NCBI GenBank assembly: GCA_964594235.1
Contig: CAZQMF010000006.1
Location: forward strand, 1 to 51,028
Direction of reading: 5' to 3'
Length of the DNA stretch: 51,028 nucleotides
Origin: an uncultured Acidimicrobiia bacterium
GTDB lineage: Bacteria; Actinomycetota; Acidimicrobiia; Spongiisociales; UBA4744
In this document: positions 1 to 9,242 of the stretch, piece after piece
How positions within the stretch are numbered: position 1 is the first letter of the stretch
Layout: every line of letters begins with the position of its first letter
The notes under the pieces: model-generated
The model's input: the letters and a program-made list of their open reading frames with translations, nothing else
The model's database searches: none
Told to the model about the DNA's origin: nothing
Position numbers and translations under genes: made by a program

Positions 1-2
1 CT

Positions 3-194
3 CCGGGATTCGTGGAGACCGACATGACGGATGATCTCTCCGACGATGTGAAGGCCGCTGCTGCGGCCTCGGTCGCCTTGGGGAGGTTCGGAACGCCGGC
101 CGAGATCGCAAGTGCGGTCGGCTATCTTGCATCGGACGAAGCTTCGTACATCTCGGGACACGTGCTCGTAGTGGACGGAGGATTGGCCCTCTAG
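3..194 (+). CDS. fabG: 3-oxoacyl-ACP reductase, C-terminal part (5'-truncated by window edge)
   Basis: Reads PGFVETDMT...[10 protein letters not shown]...[12 protein letters not shown] (SDR C-terminus); lies directly upstream of acpP-fabF. Confidence 0.88.
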   Translation, partial: PGFVETDMTDDLSDDVKAAAAASVALGRFGTPAEIASAVGYLASDEASYISGHVLVVDGGLAL

Positions 195-203
195 GGAGGA
201 ACT

Positions 204-449
204 ATGGATCGGGCAGAAATCGAAAGCAGGCTCAAAACCCTTCTGGTGTCTGAACTGGGCCTCGACGAGGAGAAGATCACGCCGGACGCAAAGTTCGAGA
301 CGGATCTCGAAGTTGACTCGCTGGGAGTGGTCGAACTCCTCATGGCGATCGAGGACGAGTTCGGTGTGACGATCCCGGACGAGGAAGCAGAGGGCATCGG
401 CACGGTCGGCCAGGCCGTTGATGTGGTGGCCGCCAAACTGGGAGCCTGA
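204..449 (+). CDS. acpP: Acyl carrier protein
   Basis: 81 aa acidic protein with DLEVDSLGVVELLMAIEDEFGVTIPDEEAE (phosphopantetheine Ser in DSL); GGAGG SD upstream. Confidence 0.96.
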   Translation: MDRAEIESRLKTLLVSELGLDEEKITPDAKFETDLEVDSLGVVELLMAIEDEFGVTIPDEEAEGIGTVGQAVDVVAAKLGA

Positions 450-454
450 ACTCG

Positions 455-1702
455 ATGGATCGCCGTCGAGTCGTCGTCACCGGCCTCGGAGTGATCAGTC
501 CCGTAGGGAACACCCTCGATGAGTACTGGAGTTCACTGACGGCAGGTCGTTCCGGTATCGCACCCATCACGCAGTTCGACGCGTCCGGGTTGGCGGTTGG
601 GTTCGCCGGGGAGGTGAAGGGGTTCGATCCCGAGGAGTTCATGGATCGAAGAACGGCCCGCCGAATGGACCGCTTCGATCAGTTCTTCTACGCGGCGACC
701 GTGCATGCGATGCGCGACGCCGGTATCGACTACGTGGACGATCCGGAGCGGGGAGCCCGGGCGGGCGCCGTGGTCGGCTCCGGCATTGGCGGAATCTCAT
801 CGATGCAGGAGGGGATGGACACCCTGCGCACACGCGGTGCAGATCGGGTATCTCCGTATCAGGTGACCCGACTCATCCCAAACATGGCAGCGGGAGACGT
901 GTCGATCGGTTTCGGTCTCCTCGGTCCCGTCACCTGCACGGTGACCGCATGCGCCGCCTCGGCCAACGCCATCGGTGACGCTGCAGAGATCATCAGGCGT
1001 GGTGCAGCGGACGTGATGGTCGCGGGGGGTTCGGAGGCCCCGATCTGTGAGTTCGGCGTCGCCTCGTTCGCCCAAGCCCGAGCGGTCAGCACGCGCAACG
1101 ACGACCCGCAGGGTGCCTGCCGTCCGTTCGACGCCACGAGGGACGGCTTCGTCATGGCGGAAGGGGGAGGGTCTCTCGTGCTCGAGGAGCTGGAACACGC
1201 GAAGGCGAGGGGAGCTCACATCTATACGGAGGTGCTCGGGTACGGCATGTCCTCCGACGCATACCACATCACCCTTCCCCGTCCCGGTGGTGATGGCGCA
1301 GCCCGAGCGATGAAGGCAGCGCTCGACGATGCGGGACTGGACCCGTCGCAGATTCAGTACATCAACGCGCACGGGACATCGACACCGGCGAACGATGTCA
1401 CCGAGACCGCAGCGATCAAGACGGTTTTCGGAGATCATGCACGCACCGTCGCGATCTCGTCGACGAAATCCATGACCGGGCACCTGCTCGGCGGTGCCGG
1501 TGCCATCGAGTCGATCGCCTCGATACTGGCGATGCAACACGGTGTCATCCCGCCGACGATCAACTACGTCCATCCCGATCCCGACTGTGACCTCGACTAC
1601 GTGCCGAACGAGCCGAGGGAACAGGATCTCCGTGTGGTGATGAGCAACTCGTTCGGATTCGGCGGGCACAACGCGGTGCTCGTCTTCGGAACACACCACT
1701 GA
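455..1702 (+). CDS. fabF: Beta-ketoacyl-ACP synthase II
   Basis: RRVVVTGLG start; Cys-His-His triad motifs TACAAS, NAHGTST, TGHLLG; SNSFGFGGHN end. Confidence 0.95.
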   Translation: MDRRRVVVTGLGVISPVGNTLDEYWSSLTAGRSGIAPITQFDASGLAVGFAGEVKGFDPEEFMDRRTARRMDRFDQFFYAATVHAMRDAGIDYVDDPERGARAGAVVGSGIGGISSMQEGMDTLRTRGADRVSPYQVTRLIPNMAAGDVSIGFGLLGPVTCTVTACAASANAIGDAAEIIRRGAADVMVAGGSEAPICEFGVASFAQARAVSTRNDDPQGACRPFDATRDGFVMAEGGGSLVLEELEHAKARGAHIYTEVLGYGMSSDAYHITLPRPGGDGAARAMKAALDDAGLDPSQIQYINAHGTSTPANDVTETAAIKTVFGDHARTVAISSTKSMTGHLLGGAGAIESIASILAMQHGVIPPTINYVHPDPDCDLDYVPNEPREQDLRVVMSNSFGFGGHNAVLVFGTHH

Positions 1703-1716
1703 CGGATACTCCGATC

Positions 1717-2328
1717 GTGCTCGTGCATCTGGTGAGACACGGTGAAGTCCGGAACCCCGATGGTGTTGTCTACGCGGGTCTGCCGGGGTTTCCTCTCACC
1801 GACAGAGGCACGGCGCAGGCCCGCGAATCCGCCAGGCACCTTGCGCCCCGACCAGTCGCCGTCGTCTGGTCGTCGCCGCTCGAGCGGACTTTGCAGACGG
1901 CGGTCGAGATTGCTGCGTATCACGGTCTCGACGTGTTGACCGACCGTGCGTTCGCGGAGTGGAGGCTCTCCGATCGTTGGGCCGGCGTTCGCTGGGTGGA
2001 CCTTCCGTTCGATGAACGCGAGGCCTATCTCTCCAGACCGTGGGACCTTCCGTTCTCACCCGAGTCGCTCGCGGAGATGGAGGACAGAATGGGTCGTCGG
2101 GTTGAGGCCGTGTGCGAGCAGGCCGAGGGCGACATCGTGATCGTCTCGCACATGGATCCGATTCAGGCCGCCCGTCTCGCACTGCTCGATCTTCCTCCTG
2201 AGAGATTTCCTCTCGACCGTCCCTCGCACGCAGAGATCATCTCGCTTGCCCACGGGGAGGTATGGAGGGAGATCGAACGGTGGACTCCGTCGCTGACGTC
2301 GGATCCATTCCCTCCACCAACCACCTGA
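1717..2328 (+). CDS. Histidine phosphatase family protein (Rv0525-like)
   Basis: VHLVRHGEV (RHG motif), SSPLERTLQTA, IVSHMDPIQ. Confidence 0.85.
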   Translation: MLVHLVRHGEVRNPDGVVYAGLPGFPLTDRGTAQARESARHLAPRPVAVVWSSPLERTLQTAVEIAAYHGLDVLTDRAFAEWRLSDRWAGVRWVDLPFDEREAYLSRPWDLPFSPESLAEMEDRMGRRVEAVCEQAEGDIVIVSHMDPIQAARLALLDLPPERFPLDRPSHAEIISLAHGEVWREIERWTPSLTSDPFPPPTT

Positions 2329-2365
2329 GCCTACGCAGCGAGACAGGTATCATGACAGGGAGACC

Positions 2366-2686
2366 ATGCCACTCGACGAACGAGAACAGCGGATCCTCCA
2401 GGAGATCGAGAAGGGCCTGTACGCCCAGGATCCGTCACTCGCGCGCAAGGTCGGGCGCCTGAACAAGGTTGCGTCTCGCCGGAGCATCATCACCGCCGTT
2501 GCGTTCGTCATCGGCCTGGCGGTGACGATCGGAACGTTCGCGTTCAACCCGTGGCTCGCGCTAGGCGGATTCGTCGTGATGGTGCTCGCCGGGAGCGCGT
2601 TTGTTCGAGCTCGACGAGCCGTTGGACCCTCCAGAAACGCTGATTGGATGGGACGTTTTCGCGATGGCGGTTCGAATCGTCAGTGA
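2366..2686 (+). CDS. DUF3040 family membrane protein
   Basis: MPLDEREQRILQEIEKGLYAQDP N-terminus followed by two hydrophobic helices; GGGAG SD. Confidence 0.85.
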   Translation: MPLDEREQRILQEIEKGLYAQDPSLARKVGRLNKVASRRSIITAVAFVIGLAVTIGTFAFNPWLALGGFVVMVLAGSAFVRARRAVGPSRNADWMGRFRDGGSNRQ

Positions 2687-2780
2687 TCGGTTCGGCACGC
2701 TAGAGTGAAGCTCCCGGCGAGCGGGCCGGAGTGGTTGAGGCGGCGGCTGTGAAGGCCGCTATTACATCGGGAGCAGCTTC

Positions 2781-3272
2781 GTGGATGGATTCACGGCCCA
2801 ACAAGCATGCAACCTGACTGGTTGCACACCACACCAGTTGCGGTATTGGGATCGTGTTTCCCTCCTCCAACCATCCATTCAGACAACGGGTGGCCGACCG
2901 GGTGTTCGGCGTCTGTACTCCTTCAGGGACCTGGTCGCGCTACGGGTCATCAGAAGTCTGCTGGACAACGGCATGTCGGTTCAGCGTGTTCGACGGGCAT
3001 GGGACTACCTACGGCGGAACGGAGCAATGGACCGCCATCTGGCCGAGGTCAAGCTGGTCACCGACGGTCAGAGCATCTTCTCCATCGCAGAGGACGAGGC
3101 GCAACTCCTCGACGCGTTGCGAGGAGGCCAGCTTGCCTTCTTCGTTGCGATCGACACGATCACCCGTGAAGTCCACGAGGATGTGACCAAGTTCGAGCTG
3201 GATCGCGAACGTTTCCTCGAGATGATCCGGCGGAGCGAAGAAGGTGTGGTGGAGGAAGCCACCGGATCCTGA
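2781..3272 (+). CDS. MerR-family transcriptional regulator (Rv1830-like actinobacterial subfamily)
   Basis: ACNLTGCTPHQLRYWDR...RRLYSFRDLVALRVIRSLLDNGMSVQRVR HTH; C-terminal LVTDGQSI...LDALRGGQ. Confidence 0.88.
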   Translation: MDGFTAQQACNLTGCTPHQLRYWDRVSLLQPSIQTTGGRPGVRRLYSFRDLVALRVIRSLLDNGMSVQRVRRAWDYLRRNGAMDRHLAEVKLVTDGQSIFSIAEDEAQLLDALRGGQLAFFVAIDTITREVHEDVTKFELDRERFLEMIRRSEEGVVEEATGS

Positions 3273-3275
3273 CCG

Positions 3276-5621
3276 CTACCTGCGAATCAACGATCGCAAG
3301 CCCATTCGTGCCCTCATCCGGTTCCCGACTGGATGGACTGTCCTCAGGTAGGACTCCGTTTCGATGAACGATCGGGTCGCGTCGGCGACAATCGTCCCGT
3401 CGAGGTGATCGGATCGACCAAATCGTTCCTGTGTCACCCCGACGGCCAGAGGAACCATCGATCTATGGACAGACTCGGCCACTTCGAGTGGCGTTGCTGC
3501 CGGCGATGGCCCTCTCTTGAGATCGTCGAGGTTGTCGATCAGCTCATCCCAGACGGCCGAGATGTATCCGCGCTTGAGACGTGCGATCCGGCCACGTCGC
3601 CGGACCGTTTTGATCAGCAGCGGTGAGAAGAGGATCAGGAGCAGCGCGAGGAGGACGATGCGGGTCGGGGTGAAGAAGGGGCCTCGTATCGTCGGCCCGT
3701 CACCTTCCGAGCCGAGTGGCACGTCAGGACGCTCGCCAAAATCGGGATTGAACTCCGGGCTGGCGGTCGCGCCGTCTGACGGCGAGGTGGTGTCGGTCTG
3801 GTCGGGTGGTGGTGGGATGTACTGGCGTGCGTCGAATCCGACCAGACCAACACTGGAGCCCCCGGTTCCACCTCCGCCAGGTGTCGGATCGAACCTGATC
3901 CACCCCTGATTGTTCATCCACAGTTCCACCCATGCGTGGGCGTTGCGATCCCGCACGATGATCGTTCCGTCGGGTTGCACCTGACCGGGCCCGAAGCCGG
4001 TCACGACACGCGACGGGATGTTGATGGTCCTGGCCATCACCGCCATCGCGGTGGCGAACTGCTCGCAGTAGCCGGTTCGGTAGGAGGGAGTGTCGATAGC
4101 GAAGAGCCAGTCGGCGAGGTCGGTCGCACTGTGACCCGGATCGATGTCGGTCGAATAGGTGAAGTTTTTCGGGTCACGGAACCAGGCTTCGAGAAGGAGT
4201 GCTTTCTCGAACGTGCTGGTGCCGTCGGCGGTCAGCTCTCGGGCTTTCGTCTGGATAATCGGATCCAGCTTGGGGAGTTCGAGATCGTCCGAGAGCGACG
4301 CAGGGCGTCTGATCGCCGGAGTGGGCACCGCGTGACCATCGAAGACGCCCTTGTCGGCGGCCTCTTGGAAAACGGGGGTCAGTGTTCCGCCCGTGCTCGC
4401 CAGCGCGTCGACGTCGGGAGTCGGCACGAGCGCTGCCTCCTGGTAGGTGAGATTCTCGAACGAGAAGAGGTTGAACTGCACGGAACCGTCGGTTCGCACG
4501 CCGTAGCTGTCGTTGAAGATCGCCAGATCCGATCCCAGCCAGGTGGGGGAGTAGAGGACCGGAAGGAAGTTCTGCTTGAGGCCGGCAATCCGTACGGACG
4601 CGGACACCGGTGTGGTCGGTCCGAAGAACGCCATCTCCGGGTCTTCCCACGTGTCTGCGTCCGGGCTCTTGACGTCCCTCGCTCTTGGTATCCAGTTCTG
4701 ACCGTCGTACTCCTCCAGCGTGATGAGCTCCCAGTACAGGGTCGAAGGATCGACATCGCCTTCGACTTGAGCCGTGAACACAGGTGTGTCGGTCGGAGAC
4801 AGGAGGTCCTGACGAATGCTCGTGAACAGGTTGTATGAGACGCCGATGAGTACTCCGCCTCCCAGACCGGTGTGGCTTCGCCAATCGACGAGGCCACTTG
4901 CGGGGATCGCCTTCGCGACGACGTGCACGCCACCGAACGCGAGCACGATCGATGAGGCCATGAACAGAGCCGGGTAGACGAAGGGCGAACGGGTCTCCCG
5001 GGAGGAACGCATTCGGAGTGTCGAGTCGAGCTGCCTATCGCGAGCGATCGCCCACAGCACGAGCGCTATCACGATCAGGAACGCCACCGTCCACAGTGTC
5101 TCGGCGCCGTTCTGATCGATGACGGCGAGCTGGAGATAGAAGAGAAGTGGCGGGAGGAGGGCGACAACAGGATGGTGTGTCCGAATGCCCCACGCGATGA
5201 GTGCCGCGAGGACCCAGAAGACGGCCGTCAGAATGATGACGAGCCCGGCAACAGGGAGGACAGGGGCAACGCCGAAGCGAATGATGTCGATCCCTAGTCC
5301 GAGTTCGGATCGAAACTCATCGAGCGAACGGGCGGTAGGGAGGACGCCGGCGACCAGCGTGTTCGGGACGACGATTCTGAGTGTGACGACGAACAGCGCC
5401 GCGAGGTTGGCGAACAGCATCGACCAGCGGTTCCGCATCGCCCATGTGATGGTCGCCCCCATGATCGCCCCTGCGACGACCGCCACCTGCCAAGGCGCAC
5501 CCTCGACGGTAGGTGCGAGGAGTCGCCCGAGCCGGGTCAGAGCGAGCGCAAGGCCGGCGCCGCCGGCTAGCCAACTCCAGCGGTTGCCCACTGCATACCT
5601 CTCATCCACGCTTGTGCCCAT
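3276..5621 (-). CDS. Membrane-anchored transglutaminase-like protein (TgpA/DUF3488 type)
   Basis: Multi-TM N-terminus; Cys-His-Asp triad motifs GYCEQFA, AHAWVE, RFDPTP; exact start uncertain. Confidence 0.88.
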   Translation of the reverse strand: MGTSVDERYAVGNRWSWLAGGAGLALALTRLGRLLAPTVEGAPWQVAVVAGAIMGATITWAMRNRWSMLFANLAALFVVTLRIVVPNTLVAGVLPTARSLDEFRSELGLGIDIIRFGVAPVLPVAGLVIILTAVFWVLAALIAWGIRTHHPVVALLPPLLFYLQLAVIDQNGAETLWTVAFLIVIALVLWAIARDRQLDSTLRMRSSRETRSPFVYPALFMASSIVLAFGGVHVVAKAIPASGLVDWRSHTGLGGGVLIGVSYNLFTSIRQDLLSPTDTPVFTAQVEGDVDPSTLYWELITLEEYDGQNWIPRARDVKSPDADTWEDPEMAFFGPTTPVSASVRIAGLKQNFLPVLYSPTWLGSDLAIFNDSYGVRTDGSVQFNLFSFENLTYQEAALVPTPDVDALASTGGTLTPVFQEAADKGVFDGHAVPTPAIRRPASLSDDLELPKLDPIIQTKARELTADGTSTFEKALLLEAWFRDPKNFTYSTDIDPGHSATDLADWLFAIDTPSYRTGYCEQFATAMAVMARTINIPSRVVTGFGPGQVQPDGTIIVRDRNAHAWVELWMNNQGWIRFDPTPGGGGTGGSSVGLVGFDARQYIPPPPDQTDTTSPSDGATASPEFNPDFGERPDVPLGSEGDGPTIRGPFFTPTRIVLLALLLILFSPLLIKTVRRRGRIARLKRGYISAVWDELIDNLDDLKRGPSPAATPLEVAESVHRSMVPLAVGVTQERFGRSDHLDGTIVADATRSFIETESYLRTVHPVGNRMRARMGLRSLIRR

Positions 5622-6736
5622 TCCTCCCCCGGGCGGACCGACACGATGGTGGCTCCGCCGTGGCCGAAGCCTCCGGGAACCGGTCTCTGACTGACGGTGA
5701 GAAGCACCACCGCGCCGGCATGGTGGGTCAGGTGCTGTATGACCGAGCCGACCTGTGCATCGGGCGCTCCGGTCACGATGACGAGCGTCCCTCCTAGGCC
5801 CTTCACCCGAAGACGGCCGGCAGCGGTCCCGAAGTCGAAGCTCCGGAGCGGTTGGAGCACCGCGAGCGCACGCATCGCCGCCTGGTAGGGGTTCTCCTCG
5901 AGTCCCGTCAGCTCACCGCCCGCCCAAAGGTTCGCTCCAAGACCCGCACTGAAGAGGTGGTGAACCGTCGAGGCAGCTCCCCGTATCGCCGTCTCGAAAG
6001 CTTCGGGGTTGTCGTACGAGGAGGCTCTAGGATCGACCACGACGAGCGCACGCGGTTCCCACGGAGCCTCGAACTGGCGGATCATCAGCTTGTCCCTGCG
6101 GGCGGTCGTCGGCCAGTGCACCCGGCGGAGATCGTCACCCGTCTGGTGCTCACGCAGACTGAAAAAGTCCTCGCCTCCTCGCCGAACCGACTCGGCTCGT
6201 GTGGCCTGGAGCGACGGGTCCGCTCCCCGAAGATTCGGCAGGCCTGTGAGCCGCTCGACTCGCGGGTAGACGACGAGCCGGTCGACCGCGCCGACAGGTC
6301 CGCCGACCCTGATGAACCCGAAGGGATCGGTCTTCGACACGATCGTTGGGCCCACCTCGTGGATGCCTCTCGTGTGACAGCTCACGTCGTACACCCCGGA
6401 GTAGACGGTCCCTGGAGTCAGCGAGGGGATGTGGAAGCGCGCGCTCCCGAGCTGCTTGATCTCGTCTTCGATGACGACGTATCTGACGTTCTTCGACTCA
6501 GTCCTCGTGACCAACTCGACAGTGACCGAGTCTCCTTCACTCACCAGTGCGGGATGGAGACGCCGGGCAACGGTGACCCCCGTGATGCTCCGTCTGACCG
6601 TCAACCATCCCACCACCACGGAGGCAACGAGCAGAAGTGCAAGAGCAACGAGCTCGACGTCGCCCAGAATCGCCCACAACACCAAGAGCGCCAGTGCCGC
6701 CCCTAGCGCGGCCCATCCCCACTCGGTGATCTTCAC
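5567..6736 (-). CDS. DUF58 domain protein
   Basis: DFFSLREHQTGDDLRRVHWPTTARRDKLMIRQFE signature; lies between MoxR and the transglutaminase. Confidence 0.9.
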   Translation of the reverse strand: MKITEWGWAALGAALALLVLWAILGDVELVALALLLVASVVVGWLTVRRSITGVTVARRLHPALVSEGDSVTVELVTRTESKNVRYVVIEDEIKQLGSARFHIPSLTPGTVYSGVYDVSCHTRGIHEVGPTIVSKTDPFGFIRVGGPVGAVDRLVVYPRVERLTGLPNLRGADPSLQATRAESVRRGGEDFFSLREHQTGDDLRRVHWPTTARRDKLMIRQFEAPWEPRALVVVDPRASSYDNPEAFETAIRGAASTVHHLFSAGLGANLWAGGELTGLEENPYQAAMRALAVLQPLRSFDFGTAAGRLRVKGLGGTLVIVTGAPDAQVGSVIQHLTHHAGAVVLLTVSQRPVPGGFGHGGATIVSVRPGEEWAQAWMRGMQWATAGVG

Positions 6737-7704
6737 CCGGCCCTACCTCCAGGTATTCGAACGTGCTGGAGCACGCTGTCGATGACTTCTCCGACGGTCG
6801 AGCCCCTCATGAGGGCCTCGGGACGGAGGATCATCCTGTGCTCGAGCACCGGCCTCGCGATCGCCTTGATGTCATCGGGCGTCGCGAAGTCTCGGCGGTG
6901 CATCGCCGCCCTGACCCTGGCCACCCGCTGGAGGTGGAGTGCTGCTCGAGGCGACGCTCCGAGCAGCAGTTCGCTGTGACGCCTCGTCGCTTCGACAACG
7001 TCGACGATGTAGGCCTGCAACGAGTTCGCAACATGGATGTTGCGGGCAATGTCGGACAGCTCGAGCACGTCGTCGGACGTTGCGACAGCGCCTAGATCAT
7101 CGAAACTCGAGTGCCTCCCATGTGTCTCCAGCATCTCCATCTCTTTGCCGTGTACCGGGTAGCCGACCACGAGGCGCATCATGAATCGGTCGAGCTGGGA
7201 CTCGGGGAGCGGATAGGTACCTTCATGTTCCAACGGGTTCTGCGTCGCGATCACTATGAAGGGAGGCGGAAGTGCACGGGTCACACCGTCGACGGTCACC
7301 TGGAGTTCCTCCATCGCCTCGAGCAGCGCTGCCTGAGTCTTGGGTCCGGCCCTGTTGATTTCGTCGCCCAAGATGATGTTGGCGAAAATCGCGCCGGGCT
7401 TGAACTCGAATTCCGACGCGGCACGGTCCCAGATCGAGACCCCTGTGATGTCTGAGGGCAGGAGATCCGGGGTGAACTGCACACGGTTGAAACGGCAGTC
7501 CAGAGATCGCGCGAGCGACTTGGCCAGTAGGGTCTTGCCGACGCCTGGCACATCCTCGATGAGCACGTGACCTTCGGCCATCAGCGACATGACCACCAGC
7601 TCGATGACTTCCCGCTTCCCCTGGACGACCCTCTCGACGTTCGAGACGATGGCCTCGAAAAGGTCTGCGAAGTGGTCAATACGGACCGGAATCGTGGCTG
7701 TCAA
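6733..7704 (-). CDS. MoxR-family AAA+ ATPase
   Basis: HVLIEDVPGVGKT, QFTPDLLPSDITG, DEINRA, ATQNPLEHEGTYPLPESQLDRF; probable TTG start at 7704 after a CAGGAGG SD (ORF is open to 7761). Confidence 0.93.
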   Translation of the reverse strand: MTATIPVRIDHFADLFEAIVSNVERVVQGKREVIELVVMSLMAEGHVLIEDVPGVGKTLLAKSLARSLDCRFNRVQFTPDLLPSDITGVSIWDRAASEFEFKPGAIFANIILGDEINRAGPKTQAALLEAMEELQVTVDGVTRALPPPFIVIATQNPLEHEGTYPLPESQLDRFMMRLVVGYPVHGKEMEMLETHGRHSSFDDLGAVATSDDVLELSDIARNIHVANSLQAYIVDVVEATRRHSELLLGASPRAALHLQRVARVRAAMHRRDFATPDDIKAIARPVLEHRMILRPEALMRGSTVGEVIDSVLQHVRIPGGRAG

Positions 7705-7832
7705 GAACACCTCCTGCTGGGGGAGGTTATCAGCGGAGGGAAGATCCGTGCCAAGCCCCACTGTCGAACACGTGGATGCCGGGGGGACGAAGGGGTATGA
7801 TCGGTCGCGACTCTGGGGAACTGAGGAGGCAT

Positions 7833-8066
7833 GTGGGCAGGGTGACGTGGGCCGTTGCCCGAAGACCTGACTTGTGGACGCACGCCGTTCGCGCTCTGTT
7901 CGCGTTCGCCCGGCGTGGATGGTGGCGTCGCTTTCCGTTCCTGCCGTTCCCTGATCGCGGATACATGGCGTTTCGCCAATTCACGGCGTACGGATCGACC
8001 GATCATCCACTCGTTCCGTCCGACGTCGTTGCGTTTCTCGAATGGCGGCGAACGGTGATGTCATGA
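7833..8066 (+). CDS. Small hypothetical protein, Trp/Arg-rich
   Basis: RPDLW...GWWRRFPFLPFPDRGYMAFRQFTAYG...DVVAFLEW; GAGGAGG SD at 7823-7829; ATGA overlap with the next gene; start uncertain (7776-7842). Confidence 0.65.
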   Translation: MGRVTWAVARRPDLWTHAVRALFAFARRGWWRRFPFLPFPDRGYMAFRQFTAYGSTDHPLVPSDVVAFLEWRRTVMS

Positions 8067-8683
8067 GTCTCGAACGAACGATCAACGAGATCCCCGGTGT
8101 CATGTCCGCCAGCGTTGAGCGGAACGGATCGGTCATCGTCGGTGTGCGGGTCGAGATGGAGGAAGGCGCCGACGAGCAGGCGGTCGGGGCGATGGTGAGC
8201 GAAATGCTGGAGGAGCACGGATATCGGTCGCGAGTCGCGCCCGAGAAGGTGCGTGTCGAACCGGAAACGCCCCCGATGCCGCCCATCTCCGCGAGGTCGG
8301 ACACCCATGCCGATGAGGGGACCCCCGAAGGGGCGGATGTTCCGTCTCCGGCGTCCTGGAACCGGACGCTGCGGTCGGTAGCGGTGGATGAGGACATCGC
8401 CGGAGCGTCGGTGACTGTGACGGACTCCGGTGGTGCTGTCGCTACGAGGCCTGGGGGGATGACTTGGCCTGGACGCCAGATGGCCATCGCCGCTGCCGTC
8501 GCCGATCTGCTCGGCCATGGAGATCCCCCGCCGCGCGTGGTCGAGGTCGTGGAGCGAGACGTGGGGGTGATACTCGTTGTCCTCGAAGATCGCATGGGAG
8601 CCACGCGCGCAGGGGCAGCGGTCGTGCGCTCAGGGTTCGACTTCGCGTTCGCCGCGGCTGTCTGGAGCGCGCTCAGCGATTGA
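8063..8683 (+). CDS. Hypothetical two-domain protein with Pro/acidic linker
   Basis: Coding-like composition; ATG at 8063 overlaps the upstream stop (ATGA). Confidence 0.7.
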   Translation: MSLERTINEIPGVMSASVERNGSVIVGVRVEMEEGADEQAVGAMVSEMLEEHGYRSRVAPEKVRVEPETPPMPPISARSDTHADEGTPEGADVPSPASWNRTLRSVAVDEDIAGASVTVTDSGGAVATRPGGMTWPGRQMAIAAAVADLLGHGDPPPRVVEVVERDVGVILVVLEDRMGATRAGAAVVRSGFDFAFAAAVWSALSD

Positions 8684-9175
8684 TCAGGACGCGTGTTTGT
8701 CGACGGTGACCAATTCGATCATGACGTCGTCATCACTGGTTGGGAGTCGTTCGGGTCGCGGTGGAGCGAGTTGTTCGTCGTCGTACTGGACTCGGCGGTC
8801 GAGGACGTCTCGGATGAGCAGCCTCGCAGGGTCGAGGCGAGGTTCCGAGAGGATCTGGGCATCTTCCTCGATGGTGCTGATCACACTGACGTCTCGACTT
8901 CTCAGGTCGTGCAGGATGACCTCCTGCGTCAGCAGGTCGGGTGACAGGATGTCGAGAGAAGGAACCACTACGGCGTCTGCATGCCGGGTGCTGACGACTT
9001 CCATCAGCGCTCGAAACCCGTCACCACGCGGTTCACCACTTGGCCCGCGAACGTCCTGGCACATTGCGATCAACTGGTAGCCGTGCTCGGAAGTCCACCG
9101 CCGCACGCGTTCCGATTGCGCGTACAGAGACTCGCCCCCGGCCGGCAGCTCACGGGCATAGCCGGCAACCCTCAT
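8684..9175 (-). CDS. Stand-alone resolvase/serine-recombinase catalytic-domain homolog, apparently inactive
   Basis: MRVAGYARE...SLYAQ...YQLIAMCQD...RGDGFRALME...DAVVVPSLDILS follows the Resolvase fold pattern; catalytic Ser absent; no HTH. Confidence 0.7.
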   Translation of the reverse strand: MRVAGYARELPAGGESLYAQSERVRRWTSEHGYQLIAMCQDVRGPSGEPRGDGFRALMEVVSTRHADAVVVPSLDILSPDLLTQEVILHDLRSRDVSVISTIEEDAQILSEPRLDPARLLIRDVLDRRVQYDDEQLAPPRPERLPTSDDDVMIELVTVDKHAS

Positions 9176-9242
9176 AGGACGAGTCTCGTTGGGGCCGAAA
9201 CGGGTGTCAAGGATCAGGCGGTAGTCGCGCAAACGGGCTGGC

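Noticed and set aside
204-1702. ACP plus KS as a type II polyketide cluster
   Set aside because: The fabG-acpP-fabF order, the His-His motif set and the absence of a chain-length factor or cyclases indicate primary FAS II
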